This document shows, one piece after another, positions 26,770 to 38,592 of a DNA stretch of 64,000 nt. The DNA lies in assembly GCA_013239625.1 (NCBI GenBank), contig MU053520.1, positions 62,001 to 126,000 of the forward strand, in the 5' to 3' direction. A model generated the notes under the pieces. That model had not been told where the DNA came from. It saw only the letters and a list, made by a program, of their open reading frames with translations, and searched no databases. The position numbers and the translations under genes are program-made. How positions within the stretch are numbered: the stretch's first letter is position 1; every line of letters begins with the position of its first letter. The DNA comes from Lama guanicoe (taxonomy: Eukaryota).

Positions 26770-29050
26770 CATTATATGATATTTCTATATTTCTTTTTTG
26801 AGGAATATCCATACTGTTTTCCATACAATAATCACAAAAATTTACATTTCCATTAATGAAGCACAAGAGTTCTTTTTCACCACTTCTTAGCCAACACTTA
26901 TCTCTTTTCTACTTTATAGTAGCTATTCTAAAAGGTAAGACGTGATAGATATCATATTATGGTTTTGATTTGCATTTTGTTGATGATTAGTGATGTTTAG
27001 CAATTTTTCAAATCTGGGCAATTTGTATGTAGTCTTTGGAAAAAATGGCTATTCAATTCCTCTGGCATCTTAAAAACAGATTATTTTATTTGCATTTGAG
27101 TTATATGAGTTCCATATATATTTTAGATATTAAACCCTTAACAGGTACATTCTTTTCAAACATTTTTCTCCCATTCATGGCTTGTCTTTTAAGTTTTTGG
27201 TTGTATCTTTGTATCTTTGTGTAGGAGATTATATATATGTATATATATCTTCCCTTATTTATTCTTCTTTTTGTTAATTTTCCTTTTGGTGCCATATCCA
27301 AAAGAATCATTGGCAATACTGAAGTCAAAAAACTTTCTCCCTCTTTTATTTTAGTTTCATAGTTTCATGTCATGTTTTAGTATTTAATCCAATGCAAGTT
27401 TATTTTTGAGTGGTATAAGGTAGGGCTTTAATTTTATTCTTCTATATGTAATTATCCAGCTTTGTCTACAGCATTTATTGAACAGACTATTCTTTCCCCA
27501 TTGAATAAACTTGGTTCCAATGTCAAATATTACTTGATCATATATGAGAGCTTATTTCTGAGCTCTCCATTCTGTTCCATTGGTCTATGTGGCCTGTACC
27601 ACAATATTTAAAATACTATTGTTTTTAAATATTGTTTGAAAGAAAGTGTGATGCCTTTAGTTTTGTCCTTCTTCATGATTGTCTTTGCTATTCAGGGTTT
27701 TTTGTGGTTCCATCTCAATTTTAGGATTTTTTTTCCTGTTTCTGTGAAAAATGCCATTGGAATTTTTGGTAAAGGATTCACTGAATCTATAGAAGACTTT
27801 GGGTAGTATGAACAATTTAAAAACATCATTTTTTCCAGTCCATGAACACAAGATATCTTTCCATTTATTTGTGTTTTTTCAGATAATTGACTGTTAGTGT
27901 ATATAAATACAGCTGATTTTGTACACTGATTTTTAATCCTGCAATTTTAACATTTGTTTATTAATACTAACTGTTTTTTTGGTGGAATATTTAAGATTTT
28001 TATATATGAGATGACATCATCTGCAAACAAAGACAATTTTAATTCTTTCTTTCCAATTCAGGTGCCTTTTCTTTATTTTCCTTCCATTGTTCTGGCTAGA
28101 AATTTGCTTCCTTATAGTTACCCTATGTGACTTTAGTATCGAGATAACAATGGCCTTATAAAATGAGTTTGGGAATGTTCACTCCTCTTTATTTTTTTTA
28201 AGTTTGAGAAGAATTGGTGTTAATTCTTTTTTAATTTTTTGATAGAATTCACCAGTGAAGATATCTGGTCCTGGACTTCTTTTTGTTGGGAGATCTGTAA
28301 TTATGATTAAATCTCTTTAGTCATTATTAATGTTCAGATTTTGTTTATTTGCCTGTTTCTACATGGTTTAGTCTTCGTCAATTGTATAAATTCCAGGAAT
28401 TTATCCATTTCTTCTAGATTAACTAATTTGTTTGTGTATAACTATGCATAGTAGACTCTTATGACCATTGTAGTTCTGTGGTATTATTGTAATGCCTGTT
28501 CTTTCATTTTTGATTTTATTTATTTGAGTCTTCCCTCTCTCTTTTTTAATTATAAAGTTTTGTCAATTAAAAAAAATATTTTCAATAAAACCAGATCTTG
28601 GTTTTTTTAATCTTTTCTATTGTTTTCTGGTCACTTACTTATTTCTGCTGTGGTCTTTTTTTAAAATTTATTTTCTTCTGCTAAATTTGTGCTTAGTTTG
28701 TTACTGTTTTTTTGTTTGTTTGTTTTTTGGTCCCTTATGATGAAAAGTTAAGTTGTTAATTTGAGATCTTGTTTCTTGATGTAGACATTTATTGTGATAA
28801 ACTTCTCTTACAACTGCTTTTACTACATCCTACCAGTTTTGTTATGTTGAGCTTCCATTGTCATTTCTTTCAAGATATGCTTTAATTTCTCTTTTTTTTT
28901 TCTTTTACTTAGAAGTGTGTTTCTTTTGTTCTGGAGTGTGTTATTTAATTTTCACATGTTTGGTCTTTTCCAGTTTACTTTCTATGACTGATTTCTAGTC
29001 TTACATAACTGTGCTCAGAAAATGTACTTGGTACAATTTCAACCTTATTA
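26770..29050 (-). mobile_element. Old L1M ORF2 segment (resumes ~30700-30890)
   Basis: Degenerate minus-strand ORF2 sequence (ORF 27657-27851 CSW.G...LPK..YRF). Interrupted by the twin-primed L1. Confidence 0.8.
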
Positions 29051-29067
29051 AAATTTCTGAGTTATTT

Positions 29068-30676
29068 TGTGTGTATATGCCACATCTTCTTTATTCATTC
29101 ATCTGTTGATGGACCCTTGGGTTGCTTTCATATCTTAGCTATTGTAAATAATACTACTGTGAACATTAGGATGCATGCATCTCTTCTGTTTAGTTTTCTT
29201 TTTTTTTCAGATATGTACCCAGGAGTGGAGTTGCTGGATCATATTGTTGTTTTATTTTTAGTTTTCTGAAAAATCTCCATACAATTTTCCACATTGGCTA
29301 GACCAATTTATATTCCCACCAACAGTGTGTGAGAGGTTCCTTTTCTCTACATCCTCATCAACATTTGTTATTTGTTTACTTTTTGATAACAGCCATTTAG
29401 ACAGATGGGAGATGATATTTCATTGTAGTTTTGATTTGCATTTGCCTGATGGTTAGTGATGTTGAGCATCTTTTCAAGTGCCTATTGGACATTTGCATGT
29501 CCTCTTTGGGAAAAAATAGTCTATTCATATCTTCTGCTCATTTATTATTATTATTATTTTTTATTTTGTTGTATGAGATGGCTTATATATTTTGAATATT
29601 AACCTCTTATCAGTCATACCACTTGCAAATAATTTCTCCTATTCAGTGTTGTCTTTTCATTCTATTAATGGTCTTCTTTTCTGTGCTAAAGCTTTTAAGT
29701 TTAATTAAACCCCATTTGTTTATTTTTGCCTTTATTTCCTATGCTTTAGGAAAAAGATAATATATACAGCTATAATTAATGTCAAAGAATAGTCTGCCTA
29801 TTTTGTCTTCTAGGAGTTTTATAGTTCCTGTTCTTACATTTAGGCTTTTAATCCACATTAAATATTTTTATTTTTGTATATAGTATTAAAGAATATTATA
29901 ATATCATTCTTTTACACATAGCTGTTCAGTTTTCCAGCACCACTTATTGCAGAGACTGTCTTTTTTCCACTGTATATTCTTGCTTCCTTTGTCAAACATT
30001 AGTTGACTGTGGGTGTGTGGGTTTATTTCTGGGCTCTCTATCCTGTTCCATTGATCTGTCTTTTTTTGTGTCAGTTTTATACTGTTTTGATTACTATAGC
30101 TTTGTAGGAAAATTCAAAATTAGGAAGTATGATTCCTCCAGCTCTGTTCTTCTTTCTCAAGATTGTTTTGACTATTCAGGGTCTTTGTATTTCCATATAA
30201 TTTTTTTAAATTGTAATTCTCTGAAAAATGTCATGGAATATTACTTAGCTATAAAAAAAGAATAAAGATTTTGCCATTTGCAACAACATGGATGGACTTG
30301 GAGGGTCTTTTGCTAAGTGAAGTAAGTCAGACAGAGGCAGATAAATACTGTATGATATCACTTATATGTGAATTCTAAAAATACAATGAATTGTGAAGAG
30401 AACCAGAAAGAATCAAACTCAAAGATATAGAGAACAAACTAGCAGTTACTAGTGGGAATAGGGATGTGGGACAGGATGATAAAAGGGTAGAGGAAAAGAG
30501 GTACAACCTATTTAGTATAAAATTAGCAACAAGGATATATTGCATCATGTAGGAAATATAGGTAATATTTTATAATAACCACAAATAGAGTACAACATTT
30601 ACAAATTTTAAATTGCTATTTGTACACCTGTAGCTTATGTAATATTATACATCAACTATACTTCAATTAAAAAAAT
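29068..30676 (+). mobile_element. 5'-inverted (twin-primed) LINE-1
   Basis: Minus-oriented ORF2 at 29068-30232 joins a plus-oriented ORF2 end, 3'UTR and A tail at 30233-30676. The two pieces are contiguous in L1 order. Degenerate TSD. Confidence 0.88.
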
Positions 30677-30889
30677 TAGGCTGAGTTGTTAAAAAAATAG
30701 AAGATGATAATATCTATCTGGAGAATATTTTGTTTTGTGTGCCTTTGAATGTTCATTCTGCCTGTGTTGAAAGGAATGTTCTGTTTATGACTGTTAGCTC
30801 AATTTGATCTAAAGTATAGTTCAAGTCCAACATTTCCTCACTGCTTTTCTGTCTTGATGATTTATTCATTATTGAAAGTGAGTTATTGT

Positions 30890-31578
30890 GAGGCAGAAGA
30901 ATTGATCAGTGAGCTAAAGACAGATTAGTGGAAATAACTACATGAGAACAGATAAAAGGAAAAAAATTAAAAAGGAATGAGGATAGTTTACAAAAACTCT
31001 GAGACAACATGAAGCACTGTAATATTCACATTATAGGGGTCCCAGAAAGAGAAGAGAGAGAGAAAGGACTGAGAAAATTTTTGGAGAGATAATAACCAAA
31101 CAATTCCCCAATTTGGGAAAGGAGATAGTCACCCAAGTTCTGGAAGTGCAGAGAGTACCACACAGAATCAACCCAAAAAGGAACACATCAAGGCACATAG
31201 TCATCAAATTCGCAACAATTAAGGATAAGGAGAAAATACTAAAATGAGCAATAGGATAGCAATGAATAATATACAAGGGAACTCCCATAAGGTTATCAGC
31301 TGATTTTTCACCAGAAACTCTACAGGCCAGAAAGGACTGGCACAATATATTTAAAGTGATGAAAGAGGGAAACTTACAACCAAGAATACTCTATCCAGCA
31401 AGGCTCTCATTCAGGCTTGATGGAGAAATCAAAAGCTTCACAGATAAACAAAAGCTAAAAGATTTCAGCACCACCAAACCAGCTTTACAACAAATGTTAA
31501 AGGAATTTCTCTTTTCATCAAGCCATAAGAAAAGAACAAAAAGAAGAAAAAGATAAAAAAGAGAGTGAGACCTACAAA
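30890..31578 (+). mobile_element. L1 ORF1 fragment, followed by a minus-strand ORF2 fragment (31579-31860)
   Basis: ORF 31356-31556 LQPRILYPARLSFR..GEIKSFTDKQKL...KPALQQMLK, and minus ORF starting CSWIGRINNIKMATLP. Confidence 0.85.
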
Positions 31579-31865
31579 AGATTGCTTTGGATGTTTGGGG
31601 TCTTTTGTGGTCCCTTAGAAATATTGGAATTGTTTGTTTTAGTTCTATGAGGAGTGTCATGAGTGTTTTGATGGGGGTTGCTTTGGATCTGTGGGTCACA
31701 TTGGGTAGTGTGGCCATTTTGATATTATTGATTCTTCCAATCCAAGAGCACAAGATATATTTCCATTTCTTTATGTCATTTTGGTTTTCAGAGTATAAGT
31801 AATCTCCTTGTTATGTTCATTTCTAGGTATTTTGTTGTTTTTATTGTAATGGAAATGTTTGCGCC

Positions 31866-32723
31866 AGTTATAAAATTCTGGTTTTTGAAGTGAAAAAAAA
31901 AAAGTGAATGAAGGGCCACAAATGGCAAAATATCCTTCTTTTTAAAGAGTGAGTTGTATTCCATTTTATATATATATATATATATAATCTCCATTATCTA
32001 TTCAACTATTGATGTGCACTTAGGATGCTTCCATATCTTGGCAATTATAAATAATGTTGCTGTTAATATTAGGGTGTGTGTATCTTTTTGAGTTAATACT
32101 TATTTGTGGTTGGCTTTATTCCTTTGATAACTATGTAAATTGAAAAAGCTAAAGCTCTAAACATTCTTAGAAACAATGAACAGTACATATTTGTAAATTA
32201 AAAAATATATATGTGCAATAAATAAATGATCAAGCCATGAAGCACATAGAAGAAACGTAAAAGACATATTACTAAATGAAAGAAGCCAGTCTGAAAAGGC
32301 TACAAACTGTACAATTCCAACTAAGTGACATTCTGGAAAAAGCACAGCTACAGAAACAACAAAAAGATCATGGTTTCCAGTCATCTGGGGAGAGAGAAGG
32401 AGGAATGAATATATGGAGCACAAGAGATTTTTAGGGCAATGGAATTATTCTGTATGATACTATAGTGGTGGCTGCATGTCATTATGCATTTGTCAAAACC
32501 CATAGAATGTACATCAAGAATAAATCCTAATGTAAACTATGGTCTTTTATAATAATGTGCCCATGTTGGTTCATCGATTGTACCAAATATGCCACACTGA
32601 TGAGGGATGTTGAGGGTAGGGGAGTACATATGTGTGGGTGGGGAGGGCTATGTGTGAACTCTCTGTATTTTCTGCTCAATTCTGTTGTGAGCCTGAAACT
32701 GCTCTAAAAGAATAAAGTCTATT
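31866..32723 (+). repeat. Left arm of ~0.85-kb inverted duplication (composite of unique sequence, L1 ORF2 fragment and L1MC 3' end)
   Basis: Reverse-complement match to 35678-36487 across several unrelated sequence junctions. Confidence 0.92.
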
Positions 32724-32739
32724 TTTTTTTAAAAGTGAG

Positions 32740-33220
32740 GTATTGAAGTAGGAGAAATTATGAGCTGAAATTATCTCTCTTGGCCCTGAACTTTGCCAAC
32801 TTGGGGAAGGGTTGATGTGGGTAAAGCAAAAAATTTCTTCTATCTCCAATGCATCCAAACTCATATTTTTTTGTTCCAACAGTGTACTGGATTTCTCCAT
32901 TGGAAACCTGAACTTCTAGATAGACTTTCATGTGTGAGTGATTGTCCGAGACAGGGTTCTCCAGGGTCTCCTGGATCATGGCTGAGAAGAACTGGAGCTA
33001 GTTCATGGACCACTTCAGGGTCAACAGCCAAGATCAAGGTCAGCAAACCTAATACTCAATGTGCAAGTGGGCAAGGCTCCTCCTGGGTCCTATGGCATAT
33101 GGTGCTGGATCCCATAGTTCCCTCAAGGCACTTTAGTCTGTAAATAGATGCTAAAATTTTGTTATTTGGAAGGGGGCAAGAACATGCCTTATTCAGCCAT
33201 ATATTTGATGTCACCTCTCT
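32740..33220 (-). mobile_element. Probable 5'UTR of an old L1M element
   Basis: Ends 'tattcagccatatatttgatgtcac', resembling the reverse complement of old L1M 5' termini (gtgacatc...atggc). Confidence 0.5.
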
Positions 33221-33929
33221 TTCTCAGTTCTTTTGTTTTATTCATCAGAGTTGTGTTTTCTTCATAGGTCGTGTACATATTTTATTCGAGTTTCACCTGA
33301 ATATTACATTTTCAAGAATGCTAATGCAAATGATATTGTGTTTTAATTTCAAATTCCAGTTATTCTTTGTTGACATATATGAAAGCAATCGGCTTATGGA
33401 TAGTAACCTTGTTTCCTGCAACCTTGCTATAACAGCTTAATAGTTCCAGGATGTTTTTGTTGATTCTTTTTAATTTTATTTACAATAGTCAAAGTCAACT
33501 CTGAGGAAAGACAATTCTATTCCTTCCTTCCCAACCTGAATAGCTTTTATTTTCTATCTTATTGTTACAATGACTTCCAGTATGGTGTTGGAAAGGAGTG
33601 GTTAGAGGGAATATTTTTCCTTGTTCCTGGTCATAGATGAGTATCTCAAAATTACCTAGTGAGAAATATAAGAAATACAGAGTCCACTTTACATCTCAAA
33701 ACTCTCCTGAAGAACAAAAAGGAAGATTTTAAGACATGAAGAGAGGGATTATATCCTTATAAGGAAAAGTTTAATAGTACAGAGTTATGAGTTATCCCCA
33801 AATTCATTTAAAAATCTATCAGCGTTACTTCTTTTTTGGTATTAAGAAATTATTTTAAATTTTGTCATAAGAATAAACATGAGCTTTCCTCAATACAATT
33901 ATCCAAGATAATCATTAGAAATGATTTTG

Positions 33930-34260
33930 ATTCATTTATTCTGCTTAACAAAATACCATAGACTGAATGTCTTATAAATAGTAGAAAATTATTTCTCACA
34001 GTTTTATAGGCAGGGGAGTCTAAGATCAAGGGCTGGTAGATTTGATGTCTGGTGAAGAACCACCTCCTAGATAATTGTCTTCTAACAGTGTCCTCACATG
34101 GTGGAAGCAGCAGCGTAAATGCACTAATTGCATTCATGAGGACTCCACCTTTATGACAAAATCACCTCCTTAAAAGACCCATGTCCTAAAACCATCAGCT
34201 TAGGAGTTAGGATTTCAACATATAATTCTTGGGGGAACACAAACATTGAGACCATAGCAC
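33930..34260. mobile_element. MLT1 (MaLR) LTR
   Basis: 'aacaaaataccatagactg...ttatttctcacagtt...aagatcaagg...tcctcacatggtggaag...acacaaacattgagaccatagca'. Confidence 0.8.
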
Positions 34261-35224
34261 AAATGTAATTAAAATGTGTTACTGTTGGAGTACACAGGAA
34301 AAGGAAAAGGTGGCCCCAGAGATGGCATGAAATGTAAGACTAACTCCCTGACAGAGAGCCTAACACTAGTAATTCACATTTATAATTTTCACATCCCCGT
34401 TACAAATACTTTGAATTCAGTGGATAAGAAATACTAGCAAATCACAGGAGAATGAAAAAAACTCTAGGACAGTGTTCACATCAGAGTGCCTCTGTTTTAC
34501 ACACATTTGCCTTAAGCCATAGCTTTTTTTTTAACCTAACTTGTTGTCCTTTGCTGCTTATCAAATCAACAAAGATAAATCAACATACACATTGCCATTT
34601 TCCCTTCAACTTCTCTTTAGTTCTTTAGGTCTAAAAATGTGGGAAAGAGAGGGATGGAGAGATGAAGGAGTAATAGAGCTTCTATTTAACAACCCAGGAG
34701 CTAATATTTAATGTCATCCTAACTTAAGTGTCCTTTAATTTAAAAACAAAATCATCATCATTATCATAAAAGAGACAATTGTAAGGGAAAAGTTGAAGAA
34801 ATTAATTAGACATTTGTAACTAAAAATCAATACTATTAACATAGTTAACATAGCTGATTACTGATGTAACTCTCTCTCTAAGACTCTAAAGGACAATAAT
34901 AAATTAGAAAACACCATAAAGAGAGAACAAAGAGTAAAAAATACAACAGAATGCTAGAGATACAGTCTTAACCATGGGCCTGATTTGGGCTGTCTTGCTG
35001 GGATCCTGAAAAGCCTTTAAAAAAAGAAACTGCTCATTACTCTTTGGGGTAATTTGTGCTGGTTTTTGAGACTCTCAAGGCTCCCAAGTCATTTATCAAA
35101 TTGATATTTGTTTTCTACTGTCATTTTAATAAGTATGTGTGCCTGTTGGGGCTACAAATATATACATATATACATTTCTGGAAGACAACAGTTATTGTTT
35201 CTCTTTATAGACTAAGAAAATCAA

Positions 35225-36580
35225 GACACAATAGTCAAAAATTGGAAGTAACATAAGTGCCTATCAACAGAGAAGTAAATTAAAAATGTTGTATATATAT
35301 GTATATACACACATATATAAATAATAAATATATAAATATATTCATAAATTTTCTTTCCTTTTTTCTTTTTCTTTCCTTAAAAAAGGAAGGAAATTCTGAC
35401 AAATGCTGCAACATGGATGAAGCTTGACAATATTATGCTAAGCAAAATAAACCAGTCACAAAAGGACAGTTGCTGTAAGAGACCACTTATGTGGGGTACC
35501 TTGAGTATTCAGACTTATAGAGACAGAAGGGAAATGGTGGTTGCTAGGGACTAAGGGGAGGTGGAAATGAAAAGTTAGTGATTAGTGGATACAAAATTTT
35601 AGTTGAAGAAGTTACTAAAGTTTTGAAGTTGGGTGATAGTGATGGTTGCATAACAATGTGATGGTTCTTTTTTTTTTAATAGACTTTATTCTTTTAGAGC
35701 AGTTTCAGGCTCACAACAGAATTGAACAGAAAATACAGAGAGTTCACACATAGCCCTCCCCACCCACACATATGTACTCCCCTACCCTCAACTTCCCTCA
35801 TCAGTGTGGCATATTTGGTACAATTGATGAATCAACATGGGTACATTATCATCAATCAAGTCCATAATATACATTAGAGTTCACTCTTAATGTTGTACAT
35901 TCTATGGGTTTTAACAAATTCATAATGACATGCAGCCACCACTATAGTGTCATACAAATAATTCCATTGCCCTTAAAATCCCTTGTGCTTCATTTATTCA
36001 TTCCTCCCTCCCTCCTTCTATCCAAACCCCTGGAAACCATGATCTTTTTGTTGTTTCTGTAGCTGTGCTTTTTCCAGAATGTCATTTGGTTGGAATCACA
36101 CAGTTTGTAGCCTTTTCAGACTGGCTTCTTTCATTTAGTAATAAGTCTTTTAAGTTTCTTCTATATCTGAACATTTAGAGTTTTAGCTTTTTAAACTTAC
36201 ATAGTTATCAAAGGAATAAAGCCAGCCACAATATAAGAATTAACTCAAAAAGATGCATACACCCTGCTATTAACAGCAACATTATTTATAATTGCCAAGA
36301 TATGGAAGCATCCTAAGTGCACATCAATAGTTGAATATATAATGGAGATGCAGTATATATATATATATAGATAGATAGATAGATAGATATATAATGGAAT
36401 ACAACTCACCCATAAAAAAGAAGGATTTTTGCCTTTTGCAGCCCTTCATTTACTTTTTTTTTCAGTTCAAAAACCAAAACTTTAACTATCTCTGACAGTT
36501 ATAAAATGTGAAGGTTCTTAATACACTTAAAATGGTTAAAATGGTAAATTTTATGTTATATATATTTTATAACACTTGAA
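35225..36580 (+). mobile_element. L1MA/MB-type 3' end, split by the inserted inverted copy
   Basis: 'gcaacatggatgaagcttga...gatggttgcataacaatgtga' (to 35669) resumes 'tacacttaaaatggttaaaatggtaaattttatgttat' after 36519. Confidence 0.8.
35670..36504 (-). mobile_element. Right arm: retroposed-looking copy of 31866-32723 with poly(A) and 15-bp TSD
   Basis: T10 run at 35668-35677. TSD aatgtgatggttctt (35655-35669) / aatgtgaaggttctt (36505-36519). Confidence 0.8.
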
Positions 36581-38019
36581 GAAATTAGTAGATATGAATC
36601 TCAGTTCACAGACTGTGACATACAAGAAATTTAATTCTATTTCAAGACCTAATTGAACTAAGGTGGCAAAAAAAATTGTCTCAAATACTTAATCTTACCA
36701 GCCCCTTTCCCTCCTTTGGTTCAAGTTTCCCAGGAGAGGAAGCTCACATAGAATCAAGTGTTTTAGGATGTGAGGACCTACCTTGTCTTCAACAGCTCTA
36801 TCAGGTCAATGTCTGCTGAGATATCTCTTAATCAAGGACCATGCATTTTCCAATTAAGTAGTCTCTTTTTTCACATATAAAACTGGCTTAAAAGAATCTC
36901 TGTGAGTCTGGTATATCTGAGGTCTTGTTGACTACCTAGAGAAGACTCAGGGCCCACAAGCAGGTCCTAAACCCTCTCAGCTCTTAAGTTCCTTAAATGT
37001 CTCTAGGTTCTTGCTCCCTCTCTTAGGCTTATGAAACTCTCATTATCTCTTCTCCATTTTTTATCCTTTTCCAATTCTCAAAAAATCCTTTATCTTTTAA
37101 TCTAAATAGTACTGGGAATAGTTTTGTGGAAAGGTCTGTTTTTTCCCTTTTGTTTTCTCCAAACATTTGTGTAGTCTCTGGTCCCTAAATGTTAAACATT
37201 TAGAAGTTAAAAATTAGAGTCTATCAGCCTTTTTTATGGTTTATAGTGTTATAATCCATTTCCAAGATAAAGAGTGAGAGGAATGGAAATGTTTGAAGGA
37301 GAGAGAATGGGAGAAATAACTAACATATAAGTAATATTCAACTACACAAAACAATCCAGTAATATTGAGTAATTTTTGCATTTTTAAATGCAAAGTAACC
37401 ATTCCAAACTGTCCAAAAGTTCAGAGCTGCAGAAGTCTTCATGCTGTACTTAAAGACTAAGGTGCCTTGCGTACCAGAAATCATTCTTCTCTTGCTCATT
37501 CTCTTTCCCTTTCTTCTCTCTGCACTTCTCCAATTTCTTTGGCTTTCTATCCCTTGCAGGCACTGTGCAAAATGTATTTTAAAAAGTAATTTTAAAAGGT
37601 TAGACATTCTAACAAAAACTGTAATATGCTTCTTTGGAAAAATAATGCAAAAACTCATTTTCTATAGTAGATGGCCCACATATAACACAGGTGGAACATA
37701 TATGAGTGAAGTATTGAGCCAGAATTTTATAATATTAAAAACTTCCAAGATTTTTTTCAGGTGAAATGAATAGCTTCATTTTACAGAAAAGGAAACAATG
37801 ACTCTGAAATTAAATGTGTTTGATAACTTTATTTCAGCCATTCAGCTATTCTGGTGACATCTTATTCCAGTGCAGAACTTTCTGTCCTCAAATCTCATAC
37901 TCCTGAGGAAATTCTGTGTTTCCATTCACTAACACTCACAATTTCATAAATCTGTTTAACATTTAATGCCTCTGAAATCATTTAAAAAATTTCTCCAGGC
38001 CCACAGCTATCAAATCTAA

Positions 38020-38592
38020 CTGCTGGTGGGAATGTAATTTGAGACAGCCATTAAGGAAAACAGTATGGAGATTCCTCAGAAAACTAAGAACAGACTTAAC
38101 AGATGATCCAACAATCCCAATTCTGCGTATATATCCAGAGGGAACTCTAATTCAAAAAGATAAATTCACCCCAGTATTCAGAGCAGCATTATATATAACA
38201 GCCAAGACATGGAAACAACCTAAATGTCCATTGACAGTTGACTGGATAAAGAAGTTGTGGTATATTTATACAATGGGATACTACTCAGCCACAAAAAATG
38301 AATAAAATAATGCTATTTGCAGCAACATGAAAGGACCTAGAGATCATCATTTTAAGTGAAATATTCCAGAAAGAGAAAATTGGGGAGTTTGAGATTTGCA
38401 AATGTTAGCCCCTATATATAAAAATAGATTTTAAAAAAGCTTCTTCTGTATAGCCCAGGGAACTATGTAAAATAACCTGTAATAACCTTTAATGAAAAAG
38501 GATATGAAAATGAACATATGTATGTATATGCATGACTGGGACATTGTGCTATATACCAGAAATTGAAAAAAAATTTCTTTTAAATTAAAAAA
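38020..38592 (+). mobile_element. 5'-truncated L1 3' end with internal 3'UTR deletion
   Basis: ORF 38039-38305 is ORF2 C-terminus. 3'UTR is like the 1.8 kb and 44 kb copies but jumps at ~38378. Confidence 0.9.

Noticed and set aside
32166..32245. Missing segment as a spliced intron
   Set aside because: It reads GT..AG only on the minus strand, whereas the poly(A) indicates a plus-strand template.
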